Source: a bacterium (GTDB lineage: Bacteria; Electryoneota; Electryoneia; Electryoneales; Electryoneaceae). From it: a DNA stretch of 64,000 nt. The position numbers were made by a program, and so were the translations under genes. Under the pieces are notes generated by a model that did not search any database, was not told the DNA's origin, and saw only the letters and a list, made by a program, of their open reading frames with translations. Shown one piece after another: positions 1 through 9,945 of the stretch. Each line of letters starts with the position of its first letter. Within the stretch, counting starts at the first letter, position 1. The DNA lies in assembly GCA_963669175.1 (NCBI GenBank), contig OY769902.1, positions 1,248,001 to 1,312,000 of the forward strand, read 5' to 3'.

Positions 1-78
1 ACATCTTCTGAAAGCTGTATCAGTAAAAGAGTTGTGGACATAGCATTTTTAGAATCCCGGCGGGATTCCCTATTTTAG

Positions 79-352
79 CATAGTGTACAGGCCGTCTGTT
101 TGGCCTGTACACTATGTCAGGTATTCTAACGAATAATCAACCCTGGAAGGGTTGCATAATACGCGATTCATATTAGTACGTTCAATAAATACAGGAAATA
201 ACGCATTTTATATTCTATACAAACCAATTGGGTGTAAATTATACGTTATGCAACCCTTCCAGGGTTGAGATAAGGTTTGATCTTTTTCGTAGGGTAGACG
301 CTAAACAGACAGCGTCAACCCTACGCTAAAATATACCACCCCCTCTGGGGTG
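79..352. repeat. Family D palindromic REP-like cluster (15-bp hairpins with AAACAGAC loop; AACCCTGGAAGGGTT inverted pair)
   Basis: Perfect 15-bp stem at 79-116, second stem at 288-325, inverted pair near 139-158 and 248-268; related clusters at 40082-40328 and 50741-50905. Confidence 0.75.
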
Positions 353-537
353 GCAGAAACACGAAGATGTGAGCAAGAGACAGTGCGTAAGCGCCGGGGA
401 AACGATCATCCCCCTCATTTTGATCCCGAAGGGATCGCACAATGTTCAAGAAAATTCCACTTTTCCTGATGTGCGTCCCCTTCGGGGACGATTATTGCTA
501 ACGACTTGATATTCCCGACGCTTACGCACCGCGCTAT

Positions 538-673
538 TCAAGTGTCACCTCTTCGAGGTGGATTGCTCTACCGCAATAAGCAGTCGTTCGTCTCAAGTGT
601 CACCTCTTCGAGGTGGATTGCTCTATCGCAATAAGCAGTCGTTCGTCTCAAGTGTCACCTCTTCGAGGTGGAT
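538..673. repeat. 55-bp tandem repeat, about 2.5 units, each with a CACCTC-TTC-GAGGTG hairpin
   Basis: Units start at 538, 593 and 648; the intervening segments differ by 1 nt. Confidence 0.9.
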
Positions 674-729
674 GTCCATTCCAGCACAAGTTTGTGCTCC
701 AATCATACGTCACTTTGATGACAACATGA

Positions 730-766
730 AAAACGGGACAAATCCATAAGGAATCATCCCGTTTTT
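730..766 (-). terminator. Probable intrinsic terminator after the transketolase genes
   Basis: AAAAACGGGA...TCCCGTTTTT inverted repeat about 25 nt downstream of the stop at 792. Confidence 0.45.
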
Positions 767-791
767 AAAAGATATGTATCACCAAAGAAAA

Positions 792-1745
792 CTACCTCTT
801 TTTCCTCTTCAGCAACTCCCGGATCTTGCTGATCATATCCGTATGGCGCAGGCCGAAGGCGTCCAGTAATTCACCCGGTTGGCCGGACTTGCCATAACGA
901 TCCATCACGGCCACATAGTCCATGGGCACGGGGCAATACTGCGCTGTCACTTGCGCCACGGCGCTGCCCAGTCCGCCATAGATCTGGTGCTCTTCCGCGG
1001 TCAGGATCGCCCCGGTCTGTTCGGCAGCGTCACAAATCGCACGCTCGTCAATCGGCTTGACCGTATGCATGTTCAGCACACGCACCCCCACACCTTCTTT
1101 CGCCAGCATTTCCTGCGCGATCATGGCTTCAGCCACCATATGCCCGATCGCGATGATGGTAACATCGCTGCCCTCGGCCATGATCTGCGCCTTGCCGATC
1201 TCGAAGGTGTCATCCGTAGAGGTTACCGTCGGCACCGGCTCACGTCCGAACCGAATATACACCGGGCCGTCCACTTCATACGCGGCAACTGTGGCAATCC
1301 GTGTCTGGTTAAAATCCGCCGGGGCCAGCACAGTAAAATTCGGCAGCGCACGCACCGCCGCGATATCTTCCAGCATCTGGTGAGTCGCGCCGTCCGGACC
1401 GACACTGATTCCCGAATGAGCGCCGCCAATCTTGATGTTGCAGGGAGTGTAGCCGACGGTGACACGCAACTGGTCCAGCACACGTCCCACTCCAAACGCG
1501 CTGTACGTGACGTAATAAGGCACTTTTCCCAGGCGACTCATTCCAGCCGCCATGGCCACCATGTTCTGCTCCTGTATACCCATCTCGAAATGACGTTCAG
1601 GAAAACGCTCCATGAAATAATTAGTATTCAGGCTGCCGATATTATCGCTGACCAGCACCACGACATCATCATGCTTTTCGCCGATGTCCACCAGCCCACG
1701 TCCCCAACCCTCACGCGGAGGTTTCCAGTCTCCTGTTCCGCTCAT
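792..1745 (-). CDS. Transketolase, C-terminal (pyrimidine-binding) subunit
   Basis: GIQEQNMV, GPDGATHQ, GPVYIRFGR, AEEHQIYGGLG motifs. Confidence 0.95.
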   Translation of the reverse strand: MSGTGDWKPPREGWGRGLVDIGEKHDDVVVLVSDNIGSLNTNYFMERFPERHFEMGIQEQNMVAMAAGMSRLGKVPYYVTYSAFGVGRVLDQLRVTVGYTPCNIKIGGAHSGISVGPDGATHQMLEDIAAVRALPNFTVLAPADFNQTRIATVAAYEVDGPVYIRFGREPVPTVTSTDDTFEIGKAQIMAEGSDVTIIAIGHMVAEAMIAQEMLAKEGVGVRVLNMHTVKPIDERAICDAAEQTGAILTAEEHQIYGGLGSAVAQVTAQYCPVPMDYVAVMDRYGKSGQPGELLDAFGLRHTDMISKIRELLKRKKR

Positions 1746-1748
1746 CGT

Positions 1749-2642
1749 CTATGCCTCCGGTTCGTATAGGGTGGTCGATGTTGCCTGCCGCAAACGTGTT
1801 TTCCACGCATCATACCCGGTCCCCAGCTCTTTCAGGAAACGGTCGGCCTCATCCGGTTTCGGGGGACGGCCATGCCAGCGATAATTATCCTCGATCTCGG
1901 CAATCCCACGCCCCATTTTGGTGTGCGCCAGGATCACACTCGGCTTGCCGATGAAGGTGTTCGCTTCGTTGAAAGCGTTCAGGATGGCGTTCATGTCATG
2001 ACCATCAATCTCAAGCACATGCCAGCCGAAGGCAGCGTACTTGCCGGCGAGGGGCTCGATGTTCATGACGTCCGCAGTGGAACCGTCAATCTGGACGCCG
2101 TTGAGGTCTACTATCGCCGTCAGGTTATCCAGCTTGAAATGGGCCGCGCTCATTACCGCTTCCCAGACACTGCCTTCCTGCTGCTCGCCATCCCCCATGA
2201 TGCACCAGCAACGGCGAGGATGGTTGTCCATTTTCGAGGCCATCGCCGCCCCGATAACCACGCCCAATCCTTGTCCCAACGATCCGGCCGCGACCTCCAG
2301 GCCGGGAGTGTCATGGGTGGAAGGGTGCCCCTGGAGATGGCCCTTGAACTGACGGAAGCCCAGCAGGTCAACCGGGGGAAAGTAGCCACGCTCCGCCATG
2401 GCGCTATAAATCACCGGGGTGACATGCCCGATGGAAAAATGCCAGAAATCACGATCTGCCCATTTGGGGTTGGCTGGATCGATGTTCAACTCGTTGAAGA
2501 GTAGGGCGGTCGCGAAATCGGTGCAGGATAACGATCCGCCGGTGTGCCCGCTTCCGGCATTGGCGTTCATGGCGATGATATCTCGACGGATGTCGCGTGC
2601 TTTCGCGATCAGTTTGTCGCTGGACCAGTTCAACCGTGGCAA
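1749..2642 (-). CDS. Transketolase, N-terminal (TPP-binding) subunit
   Basis: SGHTGGSLS, LQGHP, GSLGQG, GDGE...N TPP-binding motif. Confidence 0.95.
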   Translation of the reverse strand: MPRLNWSSDKLIAKARDIRRDIIAMNANAGSGHTGGSLSCTDFATALLFNELNIDPANPKWADRDFWHFSIGHVTPVIYSAMAERGYFPPVDLLGFRQFKGHLQGHPSTHDTPGLEVAAGSLGQGLGVVIGAAMASKMDNHPRRCWCIMGDGEQQEGSVWEAVMSAAHFKLDNLTAIVDLNGVQIDGSTADVMNIEPLAGKYAAFGWHVLEIDGHDMNAILNAFNEANTFIGKPSVILAHTKMGRGIAEIEDNYRWHGRPPKPDEADRFLKELGTGYDAWKTRLRQATSTTLYEPEA

Positions 2643-2780
2643 GTGAACCTCCTCGCTTTACGGGAATGGTGGTATGGTGGCCTCGTGAAACGCGACGCCA
2701 CATCGGTTGAGACAAAGGTAGGGGAGCAGATGCCTCGTTTCAATCGGTTGAGCGGTTCTCCCGGTCAGGGTATCGCGGAA

Positions 2781-2988
2781 AATTTACAGGATGAACAAGA
2801 TAGTAAGGATGGCAAGGATGAAAAAATGAAGACTTGAACGATATGGATCGTACAACTTGTGATCTTGAATGAGGAACCCAAATTTCATCAACCTTAACGT
2901 GCTATTTCTTTTATAAATTAACCATGTTTTTAACCGGAAAATTGGTTTTATCCTTGATATCCTTTTTATCCTGTTCATCCTGTAAATT
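2781..2988. repeat. Family B element: inverted arms of AGGAT/ATCCT units at about 9-bp period around an AT-rich spacer
   Basis: AATTTACAGGATG... left arm and ...CATCCTGTAAATT right arm; similar full or half copies at about 12 loci in the window. Confidence 0.85.
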
Positions 2989-3056
2989 CTTGTGCGGCTG
3001 AACTGTAAATTCTTGTTAAGAGTCAAACTGTATACAAAAAACAACGCTACGTCGGG

Positions 3057-3152
3057 TGGCCCGATTCACAAGTGATGGAGCTTCCGTTGTGGTTGCAGTT
3101 TGAATACTGTGATGGTGTTACAACTCATGACGCAATTTCGAGTGAGTCGGGA
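3057..3152. repeat. Family H element (TGGCCCGA...TCGGGA, 95-97 bp)
   Basis: Same ends and near-identical length at 12606-12701, 13872-13966 and 19564-19660. Confidence 0.65.
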
Positions 3153-3164
3153 TTGTGGCCAACT

Positions 3165-3206
3165 GTATACAAAAAAACAACGCTGCGGGTGCTCAGGCCG
3201 CAGCGT
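3165..3206 (-). terminator. Intrinsic terminator on the minus strand
   Basis: Minus strand ACGCTGCGG-N9-CCGCAGCGT followed by TGTTTTTTT. Confidence 0.65.
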
Positions 3207-4045
3207 CTATTCCCCAGGCTTACCGACCGAAGACGGAGCCCTTGCTCATCAAGTTTTGACAGGTAGTAGGGAACAGGCGCTTCTTCTTCCGGTATCTCCG
3301 TGAAGGGCGTCAGCCCCTGTCCACTCTGTAACCTGTATCGTTCCTTCCCTAATACTATCGGCAACAAGAAGGGGATTCTTCACCCTGATAGGCCACGATG
3401 ACTCCTCGCTTACTTCAAGTTTTTTATGACTTTCAGCGCGTTCTTGAAGTATATTGGCTTCGACTTCAGTTTTTCTTATCTTCGCAGTTAAAGAAAGTTG
3501 CAAGATATACTTCAGGTTTAAAACTCTCCCCGAGAGCTCGAGGCGCAAACAGGGATATTTCGACCTTGGCAATAGTTGCAAATATGTTAGCTTTTTTGTC
3601 GCTTGCGTTTATGAAATTCATTATATCATATTGGTATTTAGTAATTTGTAAAAGAGTAGTACTAAGTGGTTTGTATGGGACTGATGATGCAGGCCATCCA
3701 GAATTTTCTACATGTAAAAGTGTACTTGAAGTATTCCTGAATCAGCGGATTCTGTTGTTCCGTAAACACGAAAAATCACAAAATTAGGTGTCAACAAGAA
3801 GTGTGCATTTTTGCAATATGTGTTAAGTTATTAATAACAGCATGTAACGACAATGAAGCTCTTAATAATTTCTTTTCAGATAAATGGGAGATCGACAAAG
3901 GGACTGTTTTTCAAGCTTAAAGTTATGCTTGTGTTTGTGTGGGTGGCGCCTGTTTCAGGGTTGGTATATTTCAGCTTCTTTTTCTTCAGGTGGATATCAA
4001 TTTTCCAGCGTTTCGCCGATTCCATTGCTATACTCGATTTAATTG

Positions 4046-4253
4046 AGATTGTCGGGAAAAGGGGACGGGATACTTTTCCTCCCTCACATACGGAATACTC
4101 TTGAAGTATTCATGGAAAAGGAAACTGTACCCCTTTTCCGTGTGATTCCTGTCTGCTCGTATTAAAAAGGGTACAGCCACCTTTCACGAACCATAAACAC
4201 TGTGGGACACCTGTATCCCAGGGAAAGGAGGCAGTCCCCTTTTTCCATATCCT
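4046..4253. repeat. Family A2 composite REP-like element (four AAAAGG...CTGT/ACAG...CCTTTT units)
   Basis: Colinear paralogue at 26971-27177. Confidence 0.85.
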
Positions 4254-4460
4254 CCCTCCCAATCACCAGTAAATCACCGTTGGATTATACCATTACGATT
4301 GTATATCGAATCCTGTTGTCGCACATCTGTCACAATGTGAGGGCTCGCATTGCTCACTTGTTACCCTGCCTGGGGTAACGTATACTCACGTGAAAAGTTG
4401 CAGCTCTTTTTTACGGAAACCGTTTGGTAGCGGGGGTGCTCGAGCGTACCTTCATCGGCG

Positions 4461-4489
4461 GGAACCGATTAACGTGATTGTGCATCTAA
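4461..4489 (+). promoter_or_regulatory. Putative ECF-sigma promoter of dsbD
   Basis: GGAACC-N16-CATCTAA 40 nt upstream of the start codon. Confidence 0.35.
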
Positions 4490-4529
4490 CTTCACAACAA
4501 AAAGTGAACCAGATGACGGGGGTGCGGAC

Positions 4530-6314
4530 GTGAAACGTACGACAACCTTTCTTTTGTCCCTTGCAATTGTAGCGATGTTGCTTCCCTTCCAAGGGGCGTG
4601 GGGGCAATTTGATTTTGAAGAACCGACCATCCCGGTAACCATTACCACAGATCCTTCACCTGCGCCGATTGGCGGTACGGTGACAGTGACTGCGACATTC
4701 GCAGTTCCGCCGGATCATCACATTACCGATAAATCCTACGACCTTTTATCTTTCAACCTGGCCCTCCCTGAAGGGTGGACGGTTACGGATACTGTCTGGC
4801 CTACAGGCGTCGTGGAACATGATGAGGAGGTCTATCGTGGTGAGGTGCCGCTTGGGTTGGTGGTACAGGTTCCCGCTTCGGTGAGTCCCGGTGACTATAC
4901 CATCACGTATGATCATTCTTATCAAGCCTGCCGTGAACTGGAGCCGGAACTCTGTTTCCCGCCGATAAGCGGTGAGGGTGAATTAACCCTGACTACTGCT
5001 GAGGGTGTTGCCGGGGGCAGTGGTGGCGCGTTGGAAGACCGTCTGACCAACGCTCTCGAGAGCGGTTCGGTGATGGCGTTTGTGCTGGTGTTCCTGGCAG
5101 GTATCCTGGTGAGCCTTACCCCCTGTGTCTACCCCATGATTCCGATCATCATCGGTTTTGTTGGCGCTGGTGCGGGCGGAAGCAAGGTGAAGGGCTTCAT
5201 CCTGTCCCTGTTCTTTGTGTTGGGGCTGGTGTTGACCTATGCCGTGCTGGGTGTGATCGCCGGGGCGACTGGCGCGCTGTTTGGCGCGTTCATGTCCAAC
5301 CCGATTGTCTTGTGGGTGATTGTCGCGATTTTCTTTGCGTTGGGCGCTTCCATGCTGGGCGCGTTTGACATTGCGCTTCCCGCATCGGTACAGGGCAAGC
5401 TGATGGGCGGCCAGAGGCAAGGGCTGTTCGGGGCGATTTTCATGGGTGGCGTTACCGGGCTGGTAGCTGCGCCGTGTGCCGGGCCGCCGTTACTGGTACT
5501 GCTCGGCTGGATCGGAAACACCAATAGCCTGGTGCTCGGGTTCTTCCTGATGGCGACCTTTGCCTTCGGTATCGGCATCCTGTTCATCTTCATAGGCACC
5601 TTCGCCGGGGCGATGACCGCCTTGCCGCAAGCCGGGCCGTGGATGGACAACATCAAGAAGGGTCTCGGCATCCTGATCTTTGCCGTAGCCATGTATTACC
5701 TGCACCTGTTGCTGCCGGATACGATGTTCATCCTGCTGTTGGGTGCGTTCCTGATCATTATTGGCGGTGCATTCGGGGCTTGGAAAAAAGTCGAGGAGCT
5801 GGGCAAGGTCGGTATGATCGGCAAGGGCTTGGGGATCGCGCTGATCGTGGCGGGCGCGTTTTATGTGCTGTTCGGCCTGGGTACCTGGCACAAGCTGCCG
5901 TTGGTGACCGGTGAAGGACTATCCGGTGGAGTCGTGGTACAGCAGGGCGGCGGCGCTGTTTCTGAAGTCCATGTCCCCTTCCGGGTGAACGACCATGATG
6001 CGGTCCTGGCCGATGCAGCGGAAACCGATATGCCTGTCCTGATAGATTTCTACGCGGACTGGTGCGCGGTCTGTGTGGAGCTGGATCACAATGTCTGGAA
6101 CCAGGCGGAGGTGATTGATGCGGCGCAGGCGTATATCCCGTTGAAGCTGGATTTCACACGTTCCGTACCCGAACTGGAAGCCTTGCGCAAGCAGTACGGT
6201 GTTGGTGGCTTGCCGACGGTGCTGATTCTCGGCCCTGACGGCAAAGAACGCAGCCGTTTCTCCTCATTCAAAACACCGGAAGAGACAGTCGCGTGGCTGA
6301 ACCAGTATAAGTAG
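4530..6314 (+). CDS. dsbD: Thiol:disulfide interchange protein DsbD (N-terminal domain, CcdA-like membrane domain, thioredoxin domain)
   Basis: Signal peptide, YQAC...CFPP, LTPCVYPMIP, AAPCAGP, DFYADWCAVC. Confidence 0.93.
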   Translation: MKRTTTFLLSLAIVAMLLPFQGAWGQFDFEEPTIPVTITTDPSPAPIGGTVTVTATFAVPPDHHITDKSYDLLSFNLALPEGWTVTDTVWPTGVVEHDEEVYRGEVPLGLVVQVPASVSPGDYTITYDHSYQACRELEPELCFPPISGEGELTLTTAEGVAGGSGGALEDRLTNALESGSVMAFVLVFLAGILVSLTPCVYPMIPIIIGFVGAGAGGSKVKGFILSLFFVLGLVLTYAVLGVIAGATGALFGAFMSNPIVLWVIVAIFFALGASMLGAFDIALPASVQGKLMGGQRQGLFGAIFMGGVTGLVAAPCAGPPLLVLLGWIGNTNSLVLGFFLMATFAFGIGILFIFIGTFAGAMTALPQAGPWMDNIKKGLGILIFAVAMYYLHLLLPDTMFILLLGAFLIIIGGAFGAWKKVEELGKVGMIGKGLGIALIVAGAFYVLFGLGTWHKLPLVTGEGLSGGVVVQQGGGAVSEVHVPFRVNDHDAVLADAAETDMPVLIDFYADWCAVCVELDHNVWNQAEVIDAAQAYIPLKLDFTRSVPELEALRKQYGVGGLPTVLILGPDGKERSRFSSFKTPEETVAWLNQYK

Positions 6315-6340
6315 TTGTTGCCATTAGATGTGTTTACAAC

Positions 6341-6590
6341 AAACCGGGACTGCTACTCTTTTTCGCGTGTGAAAACGTCGATGGTTGTGGATTTTATAGG
6401 ATATGGCTGCTCAAATGTTGATTTCCGGTATGGCATGTAGCGAAAAAGGTAGCTGTACCTGAATTTTCCCATTCGTGGTCTTTTGAGGTGAGCATCAAGC
6501 GAAAAATCCGGTACAGCTACCTTTTCGTCAAACGTGATGTGAGAGTTCAACAGCAGCGGATCTGAAAAGGTAGCAGTCCCATTTTTCGCT
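6341..6590. repeat. Family A1 composite REP-like element (reverse orientation)
   Basis: GGGACTGCTAC, AAAAGGTAGCTGTACC, GGTACAGCTACCTTTT, AAAAGGTAGCAGTCCCATTTTT units. Confidence 0.8.
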
Positions 6591-7045
6591 ACCCATTACC
6601 CATTCCTCGTTCAGGTTTTCCCAGCAAGACATACCGAAAGACGCACAGAAGAGAGACACTCCAGGAGACTGGACACGATTACAGGAACACTCCCTGAAAC
6701 TGATACTCTTTATCTTCCGGTTATACCCTCGATCCGGGCAATACGGGTACTCATTGGCCTATGTTAAGACATTCTAATCTATCCGTCTTTTCGAGTGATT
6801 TTAATGTAGAATCCATGGTTAATAAAGAATATGTGGATTATTAATATATTATAAATAATTGATAATACAGTAATGTAAGATAAGAGACTCAAGCTTGTCC
6901 AGAAGGATGAATCGCGAAACAACCTGAAATATTGTACTCAAAAAAATGAAAAATCTCCTCTCTTTTACAGCATCTTTATACTCGATGTACTATATTCCGC
7001 TGAGGACAAAACCAACCTTACAGACAACCCAGGGAGAACCCAAAG

Positions 7046-8773
7046 ATGAGTCCCAGAGGCCGCAGTCGGCGTGGTCCGCAAAAGAACAAACTTCGTATCC
7101 CGAAGGCAAAATATATCTTTATTACCGGCGGTGTGGTTTCCTCGCTGGGAAAGGGTATCATGGCCGCATCGCTGGCCTTGATGCTGAAGAGCCGTGGATA
7201 CAAGGTCACCACTCTTAAATCCGATCCCTACCTGAACGTCGATCCGGGCACGATGAATCCGTTCCAGCATGGCGAAGTGTACGTCACCGATGACGGCGCT
7301 GAAACCGACCTGGACCTGGGGCATTACGAAAGGTTCACCGGGATTTCCATGACGCGGCTGAACAATGTCACGTCCGGCCAGATTTACGAATCGGTGATCC
7401 AGAAGGAACGTGATGGTGAGTACCTGGGCGGTACCGTGCAGGTGATTCCGCACGTGACCGATGAGATCATCTCCAATATCGCGTTGCTGGCCAAGCAGAC
7501 ACCGAAGCCGGAAATTGTGATTGTGGAAGTCGGGGGTACGGTTGGCGACTATGAAAGCCTGCCGTTCTTCGAAGCTTTCCGCCAGTTCAAGCAGAAGGTG
7601 GGACCTCGTGATGTGCTGTTCATTCACCTGACCCTGTTGCCTTATGTGGCTGCGGCTGGCGAACTGAAGACCAAGCCGACGCAGCACAGTGTCAACAAGT
7701 TGCGTGAAATCGGCTTGCAGCCGGATATCATCGGCCTGCGTACACAGCACCCGGTATCCGAAGACATCAAGCAGAAGATCGCCCTGTTCTGTAGTGTGGA
7801 TGTGAAAGACGTCGTCGCGGTGCAGGACGCCAAGTCGATCTATGAAGTGCCGTTGATGCTGGAAGAAGAAGGGCTGGCGCGTTCGGTGATGAGCAAGCTG
7901 AGCCTGAAAGCACGCAAGCCGAACATGACTGAATGGGCGAAGCTGGTTGACCGGATCAGGAAGCCGTCCAAGACAATCAAGGTGGCGTTGTGCGGGAAGT
8001 ACGTCGAATTGCAGGACGCCTACAAATCCATCACGGAAGCTTTCATCCATGCCGGCGCCAAATGTGACGCTCGTGTGGAAGTTAAACGCATCGAAGCGGA
8101 AGATGTGGAAAAGTTCGGTCCGGAAGAGGTTTTCAAGGACGTTCATGGCATCCTCGTTCCTGGCGGATTCGGCACACGCGGCACCGAGGGCAAGATTATC
8201 GCAGCGAAGTATGCTCGTGAAAACAAGATTCCCTATTTCGGTATCTGCCTGGGTATGCAGATCGCGGTGATCGAGTTCGCGCGGAACGTGGCAGACCTGA
8301 AGAACGCCAACTCCAGCGAATTCCGTCGCACACGTTACCCGGTAATCGACCTGATGCCGGGCCAGCGTCGCCTGCGTCAAAAGGGCGGCACCATGCGTCT
8401 GGGCGCGTGGGCCTGCCACCTGAAACGTGGCACCAAGGCGTTTGAAGCCTACGGACAGGAGCTGATCCACGAACGCCACCGTCACCGTTATGAGTTCAAC
8501 AACAAGTACGAGCAGATCCTGACCGAAAACGGCATGATCATCTCCGGCGTCAATCCCGATGAGGGTTTGGTTGAGATGATTGAGCTGAAGGATCATCCCT
8601 GGTTCGTTGCCTGCCAGTTCCACCCGGAATTGAAGAGCCGGTTAACCGATGTGCATCCGTTGTTCTACCGTTTCATTGACGCCTCGATCAAACATCAGGA
8701 TGGCAATGGTGGCACGGTAGAAGCAGTGGAGCCCACGGAACCGGAAGAGGGGCAGGCGACCGAGGGTGCGTGA
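7046..8773 (+). CDS. pyrG: CTP synthase
   Basis: [50 protein letters not shown]. Confidence 0.99.
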   Translation: MSPRGRSRRGPQKNKLRIPKAKYIFITGGVVSSLGKGIMAASLALMLKSRGYKVTTLKSDPYLNVDPGTMNPFQHGEVYVTDDGAETDLDLGHYERFTGISMTRLNNVTSGQIYESVIQKERDGEYLGGTVQVIPHVTDEIISNIALLAKQTPKPEIVIVEVGGTVGDYESLPFFEAFRQFKQKVGPRDVLFIHLTLLPYVAAAGELKTKPTQHSVNKLREIGLQPDIIGLRTQHPVSEDIKQKIALFCSVDVKDVVAVQDAKSIYEVPLMLEEEGLARSVMSKLSLKARKPNMTEWAKLVDRIRKPSKTIKVALCGKYVELQDAYKSITEAFIHAGAKCDARVEVKRIEAEDVEKFGPEEVFKDVHGILVPGGFGTRGTEGKIIAAKYARENKIPYFGICLGMQIAVIEFARNVADLKNANSSEFRRTRYPVIDLMPGQRRLRQKGGTMRLGAWACHLKRGTKAFEAYGQELIHERHRHRYEFNNKYEQILTENGMIISGVNPDEGLVEMIELKDHPWFVACQFHPELKSRLTDVHPLFYRFIDASIKHQDGNGGTVEAVEPTEPEEGQATEGA

Positions 8774-9944
8774 ACTAAAGCTCAGAAAAGATGAAGAAAA
8801 GCGCATCCGCAGGGGATACCTCTGGGTGTTTGCCAACCAGGTCGCGGATGACCTGAAAGAGTATGAACCCGGTGAGGATGTATCGGTTTTTGCTTCCAAC
8901 GGCGCGCCGCTGGGATCGGGAACGGTCAGTCCGCATTCGTTGATCGCGGTACGGATGCATGACCGTAACATCAAGCAGCCCCTGGACAAGGCATTCCTGA
9001 AACGGAAGATCAAGACCGCGTGGGCTCGACGCCTGCGTTGGGGTTATGAGGATGCCTGCCGGGTTGTACACGGTGAAGCGGATGGCCTGTCCGGGCTGAT
9101 TATCGACCGTCTCGGACCTGAAATTGTAGCTGTTCAGCATGGCAGCGCGGGAATGGACCGGCAGAGCGACGTCATCCAGGGTATCGTCGAGCAGCTTTTC
9201 TCGCCGAAGACGATAATTGTCGCCGATGACACCCAGGCTCGGGCACGTGAGCAGTTACCGCTCAAGCGTGACATTATCGGTGAAGGCAAAGGCGAGCTGC
9301 GCTGGTTCGAGCTGGATGAGATGCTGTGGCCGGTGGATCTTGATCCGGAAGGTGGACAGAAAACCGGATCGTACCTGGACCAGGCGCCCTCACGGCGGAC
9401 GGTTGCGATCATGGCGGAAGGCCGTAGTGTTCTGGACGCTTTCAGTTATACCGGTGGTTTCGGGTTGATGGCGGCTGCGTTTGGTGCGACAGATGTAACC
9501 CTGGTGGACCGGAGCGAACGTGCGCTGGAGATCGCCAAAGAGGCGTTTAAGGTGAATGAGCTGCCGGAGCCACGTATACTGAAGCTGGACCTGCTGAAGC
9601 AGAGCGTACCGGCGAAGGAACTGGGCGGCCCGTTTGACTTGGTGATCAGCGATCCGCCGCCCCTGGTGAAGAGCCGGGCGAAAAAGGCGGAAGGATTTAC
9701 CAAGACTGCGCAAGCATTTCAGGATGCGCTGAGCTGGACCAAGCCGGAAGGGTTGGCGGCCTTGTTTTCCTGCAGTCATTTGGCGACCTTGGCCGATGTG
9801 CAGGAACTGGTGCGCAGAGCAGCACGCAAAGCGAGAACACGAGTCACCCAGTTGCAGGCGTTGCAGGCCGGGCCGGATCATCCTGTGGCGATGGCGCACC
9901 CGGAAACCGAGTACCTGCACGGCTCACTGGTGGAGGTAGGGTAA
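8766..9944 (+). CDS. RlmI-like class I SAM-dependent rRNA methyltransferase
   Basis: PUA-like N-terminus, [28 protein letters not shown]...PETEYL. Confidence 0.88.
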   Translation: MRELKLRKDEEKRIRRGYLWVFANQVADDLKEYEPGEDVSVFASNGAPLGSGTVSPHSLIAVRMHDRNIKQPLDKAFLKRKIKTAWARRLRWGYEDACRVVHGEADGLSGLIIDRLGPEIVAVQHGSAGMDRQSDVIQGIVEQLFSPKTIIVADDTQARAREQLPLKRDIIGEGKGELRWFELDEMLWPVDLDPEGGQKTGSYLDQAPSRRTVAIMAEGRSVLDAFSYTGGFGLMAAAFGATDVTLVDRSERALEIAKEAFKVNELPEPRILKLDLLKQSVPAKELGGPFDLVISDPPPLVKSRAKKAEGFTKTAQAFQDALSWTKPEGLAALFSCSHLATLADVQELVRRAARKARTRVTQLQALQAGPDHPVAMAHPETEYLHGSLVEVG

Positions 9945-9945
9945 G

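Noticed and set aside
538-673. CRISPR array
   Set aside because: The would-be spacers are near-identical, there are only three repeats and no cas genes; it is a tandem duplication
2784-3044. Short ORFs over repeats (also 6353-6550, 19669-19977, 23918-24328, 26784-27235, 27246-27887, 45437-45950, 49221-49654)
   Set aside because: Translations of palindromic repeats (ILxIL, KVTVP, GTVPF patterns), not credible proteins
3028-3044. LexA box CTGTATAC...ACAA
   Set aside because: Wrong spacing and right half; better explained as a duplicated terminator tail
3398-4104. ORFs or pseudogene in the AT-rich gap
   Set aside because: No motifs, atypical composition, no consistent frame
6965-8623. 552-aa antisense ORF (also 879-1769, 21235-22539, 27763-28857, 35465-36430)
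   Set aside because: Shadow frames opposite well-conserved genes; no recognisable motifs
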